From contig CAWCNS010000007.1 in assembly GCA_963796965.1 (NCBI GenBank), positions 864,001 to 928,000 of the forward strand: a stretch of DNA of 64,000 nucleotides. The letters run 5' to 3'. The notes beneath the pieces were generated by a model that was given only the letters and a program-made list of their open reading frames with translations, made no database searches and was not told the origin of the DNA. Positions 20,039 through 31,534 of the stretch are shown in pieces (within the stretch, counting starts at the first letter, position 1; every line of letters begins with the position of its first letter). Both the position numbers and the translations under genes were made by a program. The stretch is from Calditrichia bacterium. Lineage in GTDB: Bacteria; Calditrichota; Calditrichia; JAJRVZ01.

Positions 20039-22372
20039 TTATTTCTTTAATACCCAAACATCCGACACATGCGAAAAATCTTTCCAGCGTAAGTGAGATT
20101 CTTCGGGTTGATCAAATGATACCATCATTCTTCCATCCTGCGTAATATGTTTTGGGATAACAAACTCCTTAAATCCACCCAACTCCTTATTGTAGAGAAT
20201 TGGCTGTAATCGCTCCCCATCAATCCTGATCAAGGCATCACCCAGGCCACAGACCCGGATGATATATCGTCCGTTGAAATCCAGGTTTTTATATTCTAAT
20301 ACAGGCTCCCATTGAAACAACTGAGATGATAACCTTGCCCGGCTATAACCACTATCCCACCAGGCCACATCACAAGCATCATACTGAGTTGTCTGGACCC
20401 GGCGACCGGTTTCAATATTGGATACATTGTCATAATAGTTTCCTCTTCCGGGGTTTTCCCAGGTGCGAATAATCTCAAGCCTCGCTATTTTGTCTTTATT
20501 GCTCTCCATTTTTCTTATTGTTGCAAACTCATCTTCCAGCCACCATCGATTGTTCAAGGGATAATTGACGAAGTCGAGGATACAACCCCGCTGTGAATTT
20601 GAAGCCTGGTATTTTGATACGCTTGTTTGAAGTCCAATGGACTTAAATAGATCATCACAATATTGGACAATTTTATTATAAAGATCCTGATTCATCGGTT
20701 TGGAATCTGCCTGATTGACTGTTTTTAAAATCTGATCCATAGATTTATCTATACCGATTTCCTGTACATTGGCAAGAATATTATTCGCCTTTTTTTCTAA
20801 TCCCGTCTCATATATTTTTCTGCGACGCTGATAGGTGTCATAATAAGCCCTTAGCACTAACTGCTGCCAGCGCCAGTTATCTCGTAATTGTGGATTGTTA
20901 TTCTCTAAGTTTTGCCAAAAGGCAAAAGCCGTTTCGACACCGCCATTTTCAATAATCGGACCTACCCAATTTTGTTCCAAAGCAAATATCCCATCAGCTG
21001 CCTCTTCGGCTACATCAGGGCCAAAAAAGAACCGGCAGTATTCGATCATGATATCCCGTACTTCCATCTCAATATCCCAGCCACGCATGCTCCAGATAAT
21101 CTTATTTACATCATCATGAACCCCATCAGAATAGGTTGAGAATCCATCAGTAAATGGCGCATAGGTGGCATGGATCTTCGCAGTGAAATTCGGACGGGGA
21201 TTAATGCCTTCTCGACCGATGGTCAACATATAGGCCTGGTCCCAATTCGCAACCGGAAACTCACAACGGACATTATGCGTGATATCGGGATATTGTCGGT
21301 GTTTGTATTGCCCCATAAGTCGGTGATGGGTTTCGGCAATAGGTGGGCTACTGGGTCCGGAGACAATTCCACTGAGCCAGTCGGGTTTCTGTTCTTCAAG
21401 ATAAGTATAAAAATAATCGATTTGTTCAGCATTAAATCCCTGCAATGAAATCCAGATTCCTGCCTGTGGATGATATTTTACCAATATGTCTGACAAATCC
21501 TTGAGAAAAGGCATTACTTCCCGTGGATGATTATGCCCTGGATCACCCCCCGGAAAAAATATATGATCAAGCCTTGGGCATTCTTTGTAGAATTTTTCAT
21601 GTGTTGCCAGCATTTCCTGACGTTTATCCGTATCTGTCAGATCAAAAGTGGCTGGCGTCCAAACCCAATAATCAATATCATAGGCAGCACAGATTTCACT
21701 CATACGGATATTCATCTCTTTTCTTGGAACGGGCATATGAGGACTGTCATCATTTTTACCAAAAGGAATATTCTCTATAGCATTTGTACCAAACAATACT
21801 AATTCGCGAATATATTTATCATATTGATTAACATCCCAGGCATCATAGGAATTTGCTGTATTCCGATAGCCCAATTGATGGCCGCGTATTGACTGCAGAG
21901 GAGAGGTGGCAAAGTCAATGGGGCCGTCCAAAAGAATTTGGTTTGGCTTCATGGCCATATTGCGAAGAAGATACCCTACGCCAAATACTGTGGCCCTGGC
22001 ATCAGCTCCAATAACCCATATGATAGTTTTACTTTCACTTTTCTCATAATACACCCGGTACCCTTCAGATTTATACTCAGAGTATTTGTTTATATCTCTT
22101 TTTGGGACCTTCTTTTCAAATAAATTCTGGTCTGATGACAACGTAATCGCTATCAATGAAGAATTATTCGTCTTCCAACTGGTAGAAGTCTGCCAACGAA
22201 ATGTTGTTCTTTTTTCCACTTCCTCCTGAAGAATCTTAACTAATGACTTCTTTACAGGAGATTTGATATTTGGGGATATAAGGATAGAGGTGTTTTGGAG
22301 ATCAACAGATTGAGCTCCTGCTAATGCCCAAAGAATAAATGTAAAAAATAAAATTGTAGTCATTTTCTTCAT
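20039..22372 (-). CDS. Secreted uncharacterised protein with GH20/GH67-type N-terminal domain
   Basis: Signal peptide; SEGY...IGADARATVFGVGYLLR motif typical of hexosaminidase/glucuronidase N-terminal domains. Confidence 0.7.
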   Translation of the reverse strand: MKKMTTILFFTFILWALAGAQSVDLQNTSILISPNIKSPVKKSLVKILQEEVEKRTTFRWQTSTSWKTNNSSLIAITLSSDQNLFEKKVPKRDINKYSEYKSEGYRVYYEKSESKTIIWVIGADARATVFGVGYLLRNMAMKPNQILLDGPIDFATSPLQSIRGHQLGYRNTANSYDAWDVNQYDKYIRELVLFGTNAIENIPFGKNDDSPHMPVPRKEMNIRMSEICAAYDIDYWVWTPATFDLTDTDKRQEMLATHEKFYKECPRLDHIFFPGGDPGHNHPREVMPFLKDLSDILVKYHPQAGIWISLQGFNAEQIDYFYTYLEEQKPDWLSGIVSGPSSPPIAETHHRLMGQYKHRQYPDITHNVRCEFPVANWDQAYMLTIGREGINPRPNFTAKIHATYAPFTDGFSTYSDGVHDDVNKIIWSMRGWDIEMEVRDIMIEYCRFFFGPDVAEEAADGIFALEQNWVGPIIENGGVETAFAFWQNLENNNPQLRDNWRWQQLVLRAYYDTYQRRRKIYETGLEKKANNILANVQEIGIDKSMDQILKTVNQADSKPMNQDLYNKIVQYCDDLFKSIGLQTSVSKYQASNSQRGCILDFVNYPLNNRWWLEDEFATIRKMESNKDKIARLEIIRTWENPGRGNYYDNVSNIETGRRVQTTQYDACDVAWWDSGYSRARLSSQLFQWEPVLEYKNLDFNGRYIIRVCGLGDALIRIDGERLQPILYNKELGGFKEFVIPKHITQDGRMMVSFDQPEESHLRWKDFSHVSDVWVLKK

Positions 22373-22462
22373 CCAGTATATCTCCTTTCAAGAAATTTTA
22401 TTGCCACAGAGTTGAAGATTTACGGCTATTGCTGAACTGTGATATATTAATTGAATTACTAA

Positions 22463-22490
22463 TAGAGACGTCCCCACGGGACGTCTCTAC
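22463..22490 (-). repeat. GTAG-type REP
   Basis: Minus strand GTAGAGACGTCCCGTGGGGACGTCTCTA. Confidence 0.8.
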
Positions 22491-22738
22491 AACGTAAATA
22501 TAATCAATGCATTTTCTTTTGATTAATAGTTTTTTACAAAATTTTAAAAATATTTTTGTCATTCTGTTGGGATCTTCCCTATTGTCGGATCTCCGTTTGC
22601 ACCTAGGAAGATCTCTTTGGGATGACTTGTATTGATGATCTGCATTCGTGTAAATTCGACCTGTCCCGTTCTACGGGAGTAATTCGTGGATATAACCTAT
22701 TTAACAGATCTGCGGTCTCCGCCTCCGGTTTCCGGTAT

Positions 22739-25367
22739 TCATTTTTTCATCAACCAGACCTCCGAGACAATCGTCCCCCACCCGCCTGAATTTCGCCATT
22801 GCTCTCGAGAGACCCGATCGCCATTTGCTACATCTGATGCCTTCTCCATACGGATAATCAACTCGCCATCTTCTGTTACCGCCTGGGGAATATCAAAAGT
22901 AAAAAAATCACTCATCTGGAGAGGAATCTCAAGATTATCTGCCAACACCAAATCATCTGCATAAATCGTCTGGCTTTTTTGATTCATGCGATGGGCATAG
23001 CGTTCCTGGTACCAGGGTCGTACCAGGGTAAATCGTACCTGATAGACTGGCCTTGGGATCAAGATCATCATATTTGAGTGTAACTCCCCTCGCTTCATCC
23101 TGGGTAAAATGCATCGAACGTTGGCTGGCTCTGTTAGACTCCGAGAGCATCTGACTCACATAAGGTTGCCCATGGTCATAAGGATATCCAAAAACAACAT
23201 TGGGTGCAGAATTATTAGTGCCCAGATTATCATAGAATCCCCCCTCACCAGGATTATCATAATCGATAATCATTTTCAGCAAAAATGTTCGTTCATCCCC
23301 TTCTGTCTCTATTGCCCTTTCCAACTGACGTCTGATCCAACCCAATCCAACATAGTCATGCGTAAGGTTAAAATACCCCTCACTCCTGACACCAAAAAGA
23401 TTATTACTCTCCTCACCTAAGTGACCTGCTTCTTCTCGTAACATGGTCATGTGCTCTGTTTCTTCCGGAACGCCCAGTCCTCTTATCATTTTATCAATGA
23501 TTGAATCATTTTCTATAACTTCAATAATCTCAGAAACTTGCTTCTCAACTCGCTTTTGTAATTCAATCTGCTGTCGCACTGCTAATTGCACATATTTATC
23601 AAGCGCTCCCTTTTGCATGTACATGCGCCAAAGCCAGTTATTTTTCATAATCTCTGCCGGCATAACTTCACCTGCTTTTTTAACCAGATTATAATAAGTA
23701 TCGATCTCCTTTTTTATATTTAAGGGCTTATCGAGCTGTTCTTCAAGATTCTCTTCTAATTGAAAAATTGCCTCTAACATGTAGGGCGCTGACTCTTCTC
23801 CAAACCACGTTTTACAATATTCATTCACCACTTCTTCCACGGTCATTCGCGGTGACCAAAGAAGTCTTTGCCACATCCATTGGTTAAAATGATCGTGGTG
23901 ACCACTGGAATGAGTAATATCACCTATACCATAAGGCATTAAATCATTGAATACACGGTGATAATATCTGGGCCAGGCAAAAAAAGTCAGACGGTTGTAC
24001 ACCATGGTAAGGAATTGATCAGGTCGGCGCTCATAAATTTCATGACTCCAATGTGGGGGAAGGTCTCCACGGCGGTCGGCCCTCGGATACATTTGAATAT
24101 ATGCATGCTGCGCATATTTCCAGTGAGTTATTTCGTTATAATAGACCAGATCATGTTCTGGAGGAAGCTGATGAAGAATTTCCTTGGGATATAATCCATA
24201 AGGTCCAAAACCGGGATACTTAAAGAGATCCATACGATGCGTTTGACGGTGTCCAGGTTGCCAGCTGGTTGCATCTGAACCAGGGCCATAACCCCAGGCC
24301 CATAACCAATCACGCGGTTTTTCCTGTAAGTAGTTAAATATTGCATTATCATCATCATTATCAAATTTCTGATTGGTAAAAAATATTCGTGTTGTAGGAT
24401 GGTATTTATGGATAATTGAGGCCATTTCCTCGACCGTTTTAATAAAAGTCAAACCATAAGGCTCACAACGGTCACATTCACACCCGCCACCATCACCGCC
24501 ATGGAACTTAACCAGATCGTAGGTGGGGCTATCCCTAAATTCCTCCTCACATTTTTTAAGCATAAAATTTCTGGCTTCTGGTACGGACAGACAAACATAT
24601 CCAAGCCGACCGATCGATTCAGAAGCATTCCATTCCATTGGCAAGTCCCGCCCACCTGTGTTGGCACCAAATCGTCCCTGGGTCATCAAACCATATGATT
24701 TAATAACTTCATAAATAGGTCCGGGTGTTGCATCAAAGATATTCGCCCCTGCCAGAGCATAGTCGAGAATAACCCTCTGTGTTTCTTCAGACGTCCAGTT
24801 ACGAACATGAGCTAACTTTTTCGCCACATGGCTCTGGCCATATTGGGTGCCGCGGATTTCAAACGCAGGTGCAGACCGTAAATTAAGTGCATCAGAAAGA
24901 GAAATGAGGCCTCCCTCGATCCGTATCTGACGAAGCATCTCTCCTACCGCATACAAACAACCTCTGTCATCCACGCCTGCTACCAATAACAAATTATTTT
25001 TATTGGAGGAGATCATTTTGAGAAGAAATCCCTCAGGACCCGGCGCCAGGTTTGTTAAAGGTGGAATCCGGTTCGATTCAAGTTGACGGCTTAAGTCAAC
25101 ATTGTGATGAGGTATTCCATATATCACATGTAACACACCCGGATTATATAGATCCGATTTTTTCCATGATTCAATGATTGTCGTTTTAATTTTTGACTCT
25201 TCCAAGCGGTCAACCAGGAGATGGGCAATATTTTTTTCAATTATGCCGGCTGATTTTCCCACATGCACAACAACCTGATTATAATCAGCAGCATGAACAA
25301 CACTTGATAAGAAGATAGAAAGGATACTTAATTGATATAGATATCTATTCATACTTTTTAGCCTCAT
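22739..25367 (-). CDS. Secreted uncharacterised protein, paralog of 20039-22372, frameshifted near 23050
   Basis: Signal peptide; PEGF...AGVDDRGCLYAVGEMLR; CECDRC; C-terminus continues in ORF 22739-23098. Confidence 0.7.
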
Positions 25368-25862
25368 CTTAGAACAAAAATCAGTTCATCAACCTCTTCA
25401 CCCCGGGCATTAGCAAATCCCCTATCCTCTCCGAAAGGAACAAAACCACATTTTTCCAAGACCTTGATTGAACCAATATTATCCTTTACAACCCGGGCGT
25501 ACAGTGGTCGAATATCAATGTTTTTTAAAAAGATGCTCAAAGCCCTTGTGGTGATTCCCTTTCCCCAAAATTCCTGACCTATCCAGTCAGCTGACTTCCG
25601 GATCACCAAACCATCCATGGCATAAAACACTTCCAGCAACCTCTTCATTGAAAAGAATCGTCTTTATTGTTATAGTATCATCCTTTAATATCTTATCCAT
25701 TTTAGCGTCATATGCTTCCCGATCAGATGGATCTTTTGCTGTGAAAGCTGCCATGAAGTTTGCTTCGGGATCCAGTTGGTGCTGAAAAAAGATTTCTCGG
25801 TCGGAATTGATGACATCCCTCAGAGATATACTTTTGTGTTTTTTTATTATTGTGCTAGTCAT
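25364..25862 (-). CDS. RimJ/RimL-type GNAT acetyltransferase, frameshifted near 25590
   Basis: WIGQEFWGKGITT, DNIGSIKVLEKCGF; N-terminal half in ORF 25587-25862. Confidence 0.85.
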
Positions 25863-26126
25863 AAATTCCCCTCATATTTTTCTTTTTACAAATCATACAA
25901 AATCAAAAGCAGAAACCTTATCAATATTAAGTGAAATAAGGCTAAATATTCAAATTTTTTCTACATTAATCGGCCGCGATATCATTTAGTCAAATGAATT
26001 ATTTTTAATATCAATTATAACTGGGATTGAGGAAGAAAATTCTTGATAATATTGTCCTAATAAACTTAACTTTAATTGCACGCCATTGGAAAAATTCCAT
26101 TTAACTTACAATTAGGAGATTTTATC

Positions 26127-26297
26127 ATGAGATTAAATGCACCTAAAAAAAATATTTGGTGGATATCTGTGATTCTGGGCGTCTTGGGTGTGCTAGGCGC
26201 AGTTGTAACTATTCCGTTTATTTCGGCCTATGCTTTTTGGCTTGTGACTGTTGGTTTTATATTACTTGCCCTAAGTACTGTTTTAAAGGGTATGTAA
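26127..26297 (+). CDS. Small 2-TM membrane protein (56 aa)
   Basis: AGGAGA RBS, then MRLNAPKKNIWWISVILGVLG...LKGM. Confidence 0.7.
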   Translation: MRLNAPKKNIWWISVILGVLGVLGAVVTIPFISAYAFWLVTVGFILLALSTVLKGM

Positions 26298-26402
26298 GGT
26301 TTCTTCCTGTGAAGACCTGACTCGGTGGAAAATCTTCGGGCGTGTAAAAAATCAGTTTAGGTCTTCACCTTTTGATTTCTCCCATAATAGAAACCTATTC
26401 AA

Positions 26403-27380
26403 TTAAATCATAAAAGCAGTTGGAATCCTCATTAATATATTTTGCATATCTTCAGGTATGTCACTTTCAAATTTCATTTTTTTCTCGGAAATGGGATGGA
26501 TAAATTCCAGGTCTTTGGCATGTAGTGCTTGTCGATCTATTGCTTTTAATAAAGCCATTCCCCTCTTTTGGAGGTGTGGAGGGAGTCTGTTGATTTGACT
26601 TTTTCGCCCATTATATTCTGGATCACCAAAAATCGGGTGATTGAGATAATTTAAATGTACACGAATTTGATGGGTTCTTCCCGTTTCCAGAAATATTTCC
26701 AGATGAGAGAGAAATATAAAATCTTTTATCAGTTGGAAATGCGTTATCGCTTCCCGACCTCTGTCTTTAAGCACGGTCATCTTTTTTCTATCTCGTCTGC
26801 TTCGACCAATTTGAGTTCTAATCTCTCCCTCATTTTCTGAAGGAACGCCCCAGACAATAGCATGATAGGTCCGTTTTATTGTCTTACTCTCAAATTGACG
26901 GGATAACTTATGATGACTCTTATCATTTTTAGCTACCACCAATAAGCCTGAAGTATCTTTATCCAAACGATGGACAATTCCGGGTCTCATTATCCCATTT
27001 ATCCCGGAAAGCGATTTGCAATGAAATAGTAATCCATTCACCAGGGTGTGATTGCGATTGCCTGCACCAGGATGTACAATCAATCCAGCCGGTTTATTGA
27101 CTACCAGCAAATCATCATCTTCAAAAATGATTTCAATGGGGATGTCCTCTGGAACTATCTGGCTGAGTTCCGGTTCGGGAAAGGAAATAGCAATTATATC
27201 CTCTGCCTTAAGATTATAACCACTTTTAACAGAATGATCATTAACTAAGACAAGATTATTATCTATCAGATTTTTCAGATGAGAACGTGTAAGATCGCCA
27301 TACTTTAGGCTGAGATATTTATCTAGCCTTTGGCCGGCATCCAGGAGGGAGATTTTATAGTGATCGAAATTTTTCTTCAA
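26403..27380 (-). CDS. rluD: RluA/RluD family 23S rRNA pseudouridine synthase with S4 domain
   Basis: RLDKYL, VNKPAGL, HRLDKDTSG, TGRTHQIRVH. Confidence 0.92.
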   Translation of the reverse strand: MKKNFDHYKISLLDAGQRLDKYLSLKYGDLTRSHLKNLIDNNLVLVNDHSVKSGYNLKAEDIIAISFPEPELSQIVPEDIPIEIIFEDDDLLVVNKPAGLIVHPGAGNRNHTLVNGLLFHCKSLSGINGIMRPGIVHRLDKDTSGLLVVAKNDKSHHKLSRQFESKTIKRTYHAIVWGVPSENEGEIRTQIGRSRRDRKKMTVLKDRGREAITHFQLIKDFIFLSHLEIFLETGRTHQIRVHLNYLNHPIFGDPEYNGRKSQINRLPPHLQKRGMALLKAIDRQALHAKDLEFIHPISEKKMKFESDIPEDMQNILMRIPTAFMI

Positions 27381-27382
27381 AC

Positions 27383-27946
27383 CTAAGTGGATACTTCTTG
27401 TTGTTCGGGTGGTTTTTGGAATAGAATGTACCAGATAATTAATATCATTCCACAGGTAACGGCTGAATCGGCAACGTTAAAAACCGGCCACCGTGTAAGA
27501 GCATAACCTGGGAAATCTATAAATAAAAACTGGAATGAAGGAAGTGAAATATCAAAGAATTCTACATCAAGAAAATCAACTACTCGTCCTACGGCAATAC
27601 GGTCAATCAGATTCCCAATGGCTCCGCCCATTATAAGAGCTAATGCAAATCTAAAAAGAAATTGCTCTTTGGGCATTCGAAAGAGATAAACAAATACAAT
27701 AATCGCAGCAAGAATGGAAAGTGCCACAAAGACAGACCGACTTCCCATCTGTATACCAAATGCCATTCCTGCATTCTCAATATAAGTTATCTTGAAAAAA
27801 CTGCCCATCACATCAAATGATTCATACAATTGCATCGTATTTTTAATTATATACTTGCTTATCTGGTCAAGTATGACAATAACCGTAGCCGTAATATATA
27901 TAATCATAGATTGATGATTTATGTTAAGTTTATTTCCACTAATCAT
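27383..27946 (-). CDS. lspA: Lipoprotein signal peptidase II
   Basis: DQISK, NAGMAFG, GAIGNLIDR, VVDFL, FNVADS; start moved to ATG at 27946. Confidence 0.93.
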   Translation of the reverse strand: MISGNKLNINHQSMIIYITATVIVILDQISKYIIKNTMQLYESFDVMGSFFKITYIENAGMAFGIQMGSRSVFVALSILAAIIVFVYLFRMPKEQFLFRFALALIMGGAIGNLIDRIAVGRVVDFLDVEFFDISLPSFQFLFIDFPGYALTRWPVFNVADSAVTCGMILIIWYILFQKPPEQQEVST

Positions 27947-28331
27947 CAGAAACCGGACGCCCCGCTTTACCTTCTTGTATTTTTGCTTCATACGAGATTG
28001 TTGTGGTGGGTACAGCTTCCATTCTTTCTTTGCCGATATCTTTTCCTGTCACCCGACAAATCCCATAAGTACCATTTTCTATTCTCTCCAAAGCTGCATT
28101 AATTTGCTTGAGGTACTTTTCATCGCGGGAAGCAAACAAAAAGGCTTTTTCCCTCTCCATGGCATCGGTACCCTGATCAGCCATATGGAAGGAATAGGCA
28201 GAGTGATCACCGGAAGCCTCTTGATTTGTAGAACTCGTGGTAACACCACGAAAATATTCTATGTTCTTTACGAGTTCTTCCCTTTTCTTAAGCAAAAGGT
28301 CTTTAAAATAAGCCAGATCCTTTTTATTCAT
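27939..28331 (-). CDS. dksA: TraR/DksA family transcription factor
   Basis: HMADQGTD (DxxD-like coiled-coil tip), ALERIENGTYGIC...ERMEAVP. Confidence 0.85.
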   Translation of the reverse strand: MNKKDLAYFKDLLLKKREELVKNIEYFRGVTTSSTNQEASGDHSAYSFHMADQGTDAMEREKAFLFASRDEKYLKQINAALERIENGTYGICRVTGKDIGKERMEAVPTTTISYEAKIQEGKAGRPVSDD

Positions 28332-28334
28332 ACG

Positions 28335-31300
28335 TCAAACCTCCTGGACGTTTTCTTTTTTAGTTAATCCGATGAGTAGCGACTCATCACCAATTGTTAT
28401 TTTATTTAAATTTAAATTACCATCACCCTTATATGAAATATCCACTGCTAATGTTTCATTCATAATGTATTTTTGTTTGTTTTTTATGGCCGTAGTCATA
28501 TATACAGATAAATCATCCAAATATACTTCGATTCTATCGGTCACAGAAAAGCCACTATCTTTTCTCAAATTTTGAATACGATTGATGAGTTCTCTTGCAA
28601 ATCCCTCTTCAAGCAAATCATCACTCAAAGATAAATCCAGAGCTAAAGTCAGGTCGGCATCTGTATAAGTAGCATATCCTTCTTTAGAATCGGTACGAAT
28701 TTCTATATCTTCAGGCAATAATTTAATTTCTTGACCATCTAAGGAGACCCGTTCAAATCCATTTTTTTCAAAATTATCAATCTGATTCCGTGAGAAGGAC
28801 TGGATAATCGGGGCAAGTTTCCCCATTTGTTTGCCTACTTTTGGCCCCAGCACTTTAAAATTTGCTTTGGCAGTCTTGACAACAAGATCATCTGCAGAAT
28901 CAAAGACTTCTATCTTTTTAATATTTAACTCATCGCAGATTATTACCGACATTTTTAGCAAATCATCCCGATCGTTCTCATTTACCACAGAGATCACCAG
29001 GCGTGATAGCGGTTGTCTTACACGGATATTGCTTTCATTACGAAGAGAATGTGTAAGAGATACAACCTTTTGTACCAACATCATTCTATGTTCGAGGCCT
29101 TCGTCACGAAGCCCCTTCTGGATTTCGGTTAATGCCGGATAATCACAAAGGTGAACGCTTTCCGGTTCATCTTCATTTCTTAAATTAGAAAAAATATCTT
29201 CTGCTATAAAAGGTGTATAAGGCGCAATAAGTTTTGCCATCGTTATTAGCACCTCATATAAGGTCTCATAAGCAGAAAGTTTATCGTTCCAATCTTCACT
29301 TTTCCAGAATCGTCTTCTGTTGCGGCGAACATACCAATTCGAGACATCATCAACAAGATAGTCACTTATCATGCGTGCTGCACGCGTCAATTCATAATCG
29401 TCCATGGACAGATTTACTTGTTCAATTACGCCATAGAGTTTAGTAAATAATCCAACGGTCAATTTCAGGTCTTTCTTCAAACGCTATCTCTTGTTTACCT
29501 GGCTGATAGTTGTCAATGTTTGCATACAGAACAAAAAATGAATAGGTATTTAGAAGCGTATTCATAAACTTTCTTAAAACTTCTTTAATACCTTCCTCAT
29601 CAAAACGTTTTGGTGTCCAGGGCGGGCTAACCGTCAAAAGATACCACCGCACGGTATCTGCCCCGTACCGGGATATTATTTCTTCCGGTACAACAACATT
29701 CCCCTTGGTCTTGGACATCTTCTGTCCTTCTTTATCAAGGATGAGTTCATTGACCACAATATTTTTGTATGCCGGTTTATTAAACAGCAATGTGGAAATG
29801 GCCAGAAGCGAATAAAACCACCCTCTGGTCTGATCTATTCCCTCACAGATAAAGTCTGCCGGAAAATTCTTTTCAAACTGTTCTTTATTCTCAAAAGGAT
29901 AATGATACTGTGCATATGGCATGCTCCCAGAGTCGAACCAACAGTCGATAACCTCCGGCACGCGGTGCATTATTCCCTCACATTTTTCACATTTTAGAGC
30001 GATATTATCAACATCAGGTTTGTGTAGATCAAGTCTCTGCCGGGACGTCAATACCCCTTTCCCTCAATTCCTCGATACTGCCAATGGCAGTGTTTGATTC
30101 ACAAGAATCACAAATCCAAATATTTAGGGGAGTTCCCCAGTAACGATCACGGGAGAGAGACCAATCGATATTATTTTTTAGCCATTCCCCAAAACGTCCA
30201 CTACCTACCTCTGGAGGATGCCAGTTAATCTTTTCATTATTAGCGAGTAGATCCTCTTTGTGTTTTGAGGTCCGAATATACCATGATTCTCGGGCATAAT
30301 AGAGCAAGGGTGTATGACAACGCCAACAATGAGGGTAACTATGCTCAATGGTGATCTTTTTTACTAATTTTTTTTCTTCTTTAAGGTCCTGAATTATATT
30401 TTTGTCTGCGTCTTTTACAAACTGATTCTTATAATCCGATACAATATCCTCAAATTTTCCACTGGCATTTACAGGACGTACAATAGGAAGATCATATTTT
30501 AATCCTACCTGATAATCATCCTCACCAAATGCCGGCGCTATGTGAACAATTCCCGTACCATCAGAAGTAGAGACGAAATCACCCAGAATCACATAAAAAG
30601 TCTTTTTTATCTACTGGTACAAAATCAAATAGCCTTTCATACTCTTGTCCTTCAAGGTCTTTTCCTTTATACCTGTTTAAGATCTTTATATTATCCGTTT
30701 CATATAAATCAGGAACTCTTTCCTCAGCAATAATATAAGAAGAGCCTTCCGATTCAATCTCAACATAATCAATATCAACACCGACTGCCAGAGCAACATT
30801 TGAAATAAGGGTCCAGGGAGTAGTTGTCCATACAAGGAAATAGCGATTTTCTTTGTCTTTTCGTTTCAGCCTTACATAGATGGACGGATCTTTTACATCT
30901 TTATACCCCTGAGAAACTTCATGACTTGAAATAGGTGTCTCACAACGTGGACAGTACGGTAAGATCTTAAAACCCTGGTAAAGAAGGTCTTTTTTCCATA
31001 TTTCCTTTAGGATCCACCATACAGATTCGATATAGTCATTTGTAAAGGTTATATATGGATGTTCAAGGTCAACCCAATAACCGATCCTCTCTGTCAGGCT
31101 GTCCCATTCCTTCTTATAATGAAAAACACTGTCTTTGCATTCTTTATTGAATTTTGCAACACCAAATTTCTCGATTTCATCTTTCCCATTGATATTTAGT
31201 TTTTTCTCAACTTCAATCTCAACAGGCAAACCATGGGTATCCCAACCCGCTTTACGCCGCACGAGGTACCCCTTCATCGCTTTATAACGACAAACCACAT

Positions 31301-31496
31301 CTTTTACTGTTCTTGATATTACATGATGAATTCCAGGCCGACCATTGGCCGTTGGCGGACCCTCATAAAAGACAAACTCTTTCTCATCCTTTCTGAGATC
31401 CAGGCTCTTTTTAAAAATATTATTGTCTGCCCAGAATTCAAGAATATTTTTTTCTTTATCAGAAAGATTGAGTTTACTTGATACTTCCCTGAACAT
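28335..31496 (-). CDS. ileS: Isoleucyl-tRNA synthetase (type 2), broken by three frameshifts (probable sequencing errors)
   Basis: [51 protein letters not shown] across four consecutive ORFs. Confidence 0.95.
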
Positions 31497-31534
31497 TTGA
31501 ATATCCGCCTTACTTCTTACTGCGGTAAAGCAAC

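Noticed and set aside
28335..31496. ileS as a pseudogene or programmed-frameshift gene
   Set aside because: Essential gene with all motifs intact; similar indels occur across the window, so sequencing error is more parsimonious
31497..31534. T-box leader before ileS
   Set aside because: Only 38 bp between PNP and ileS
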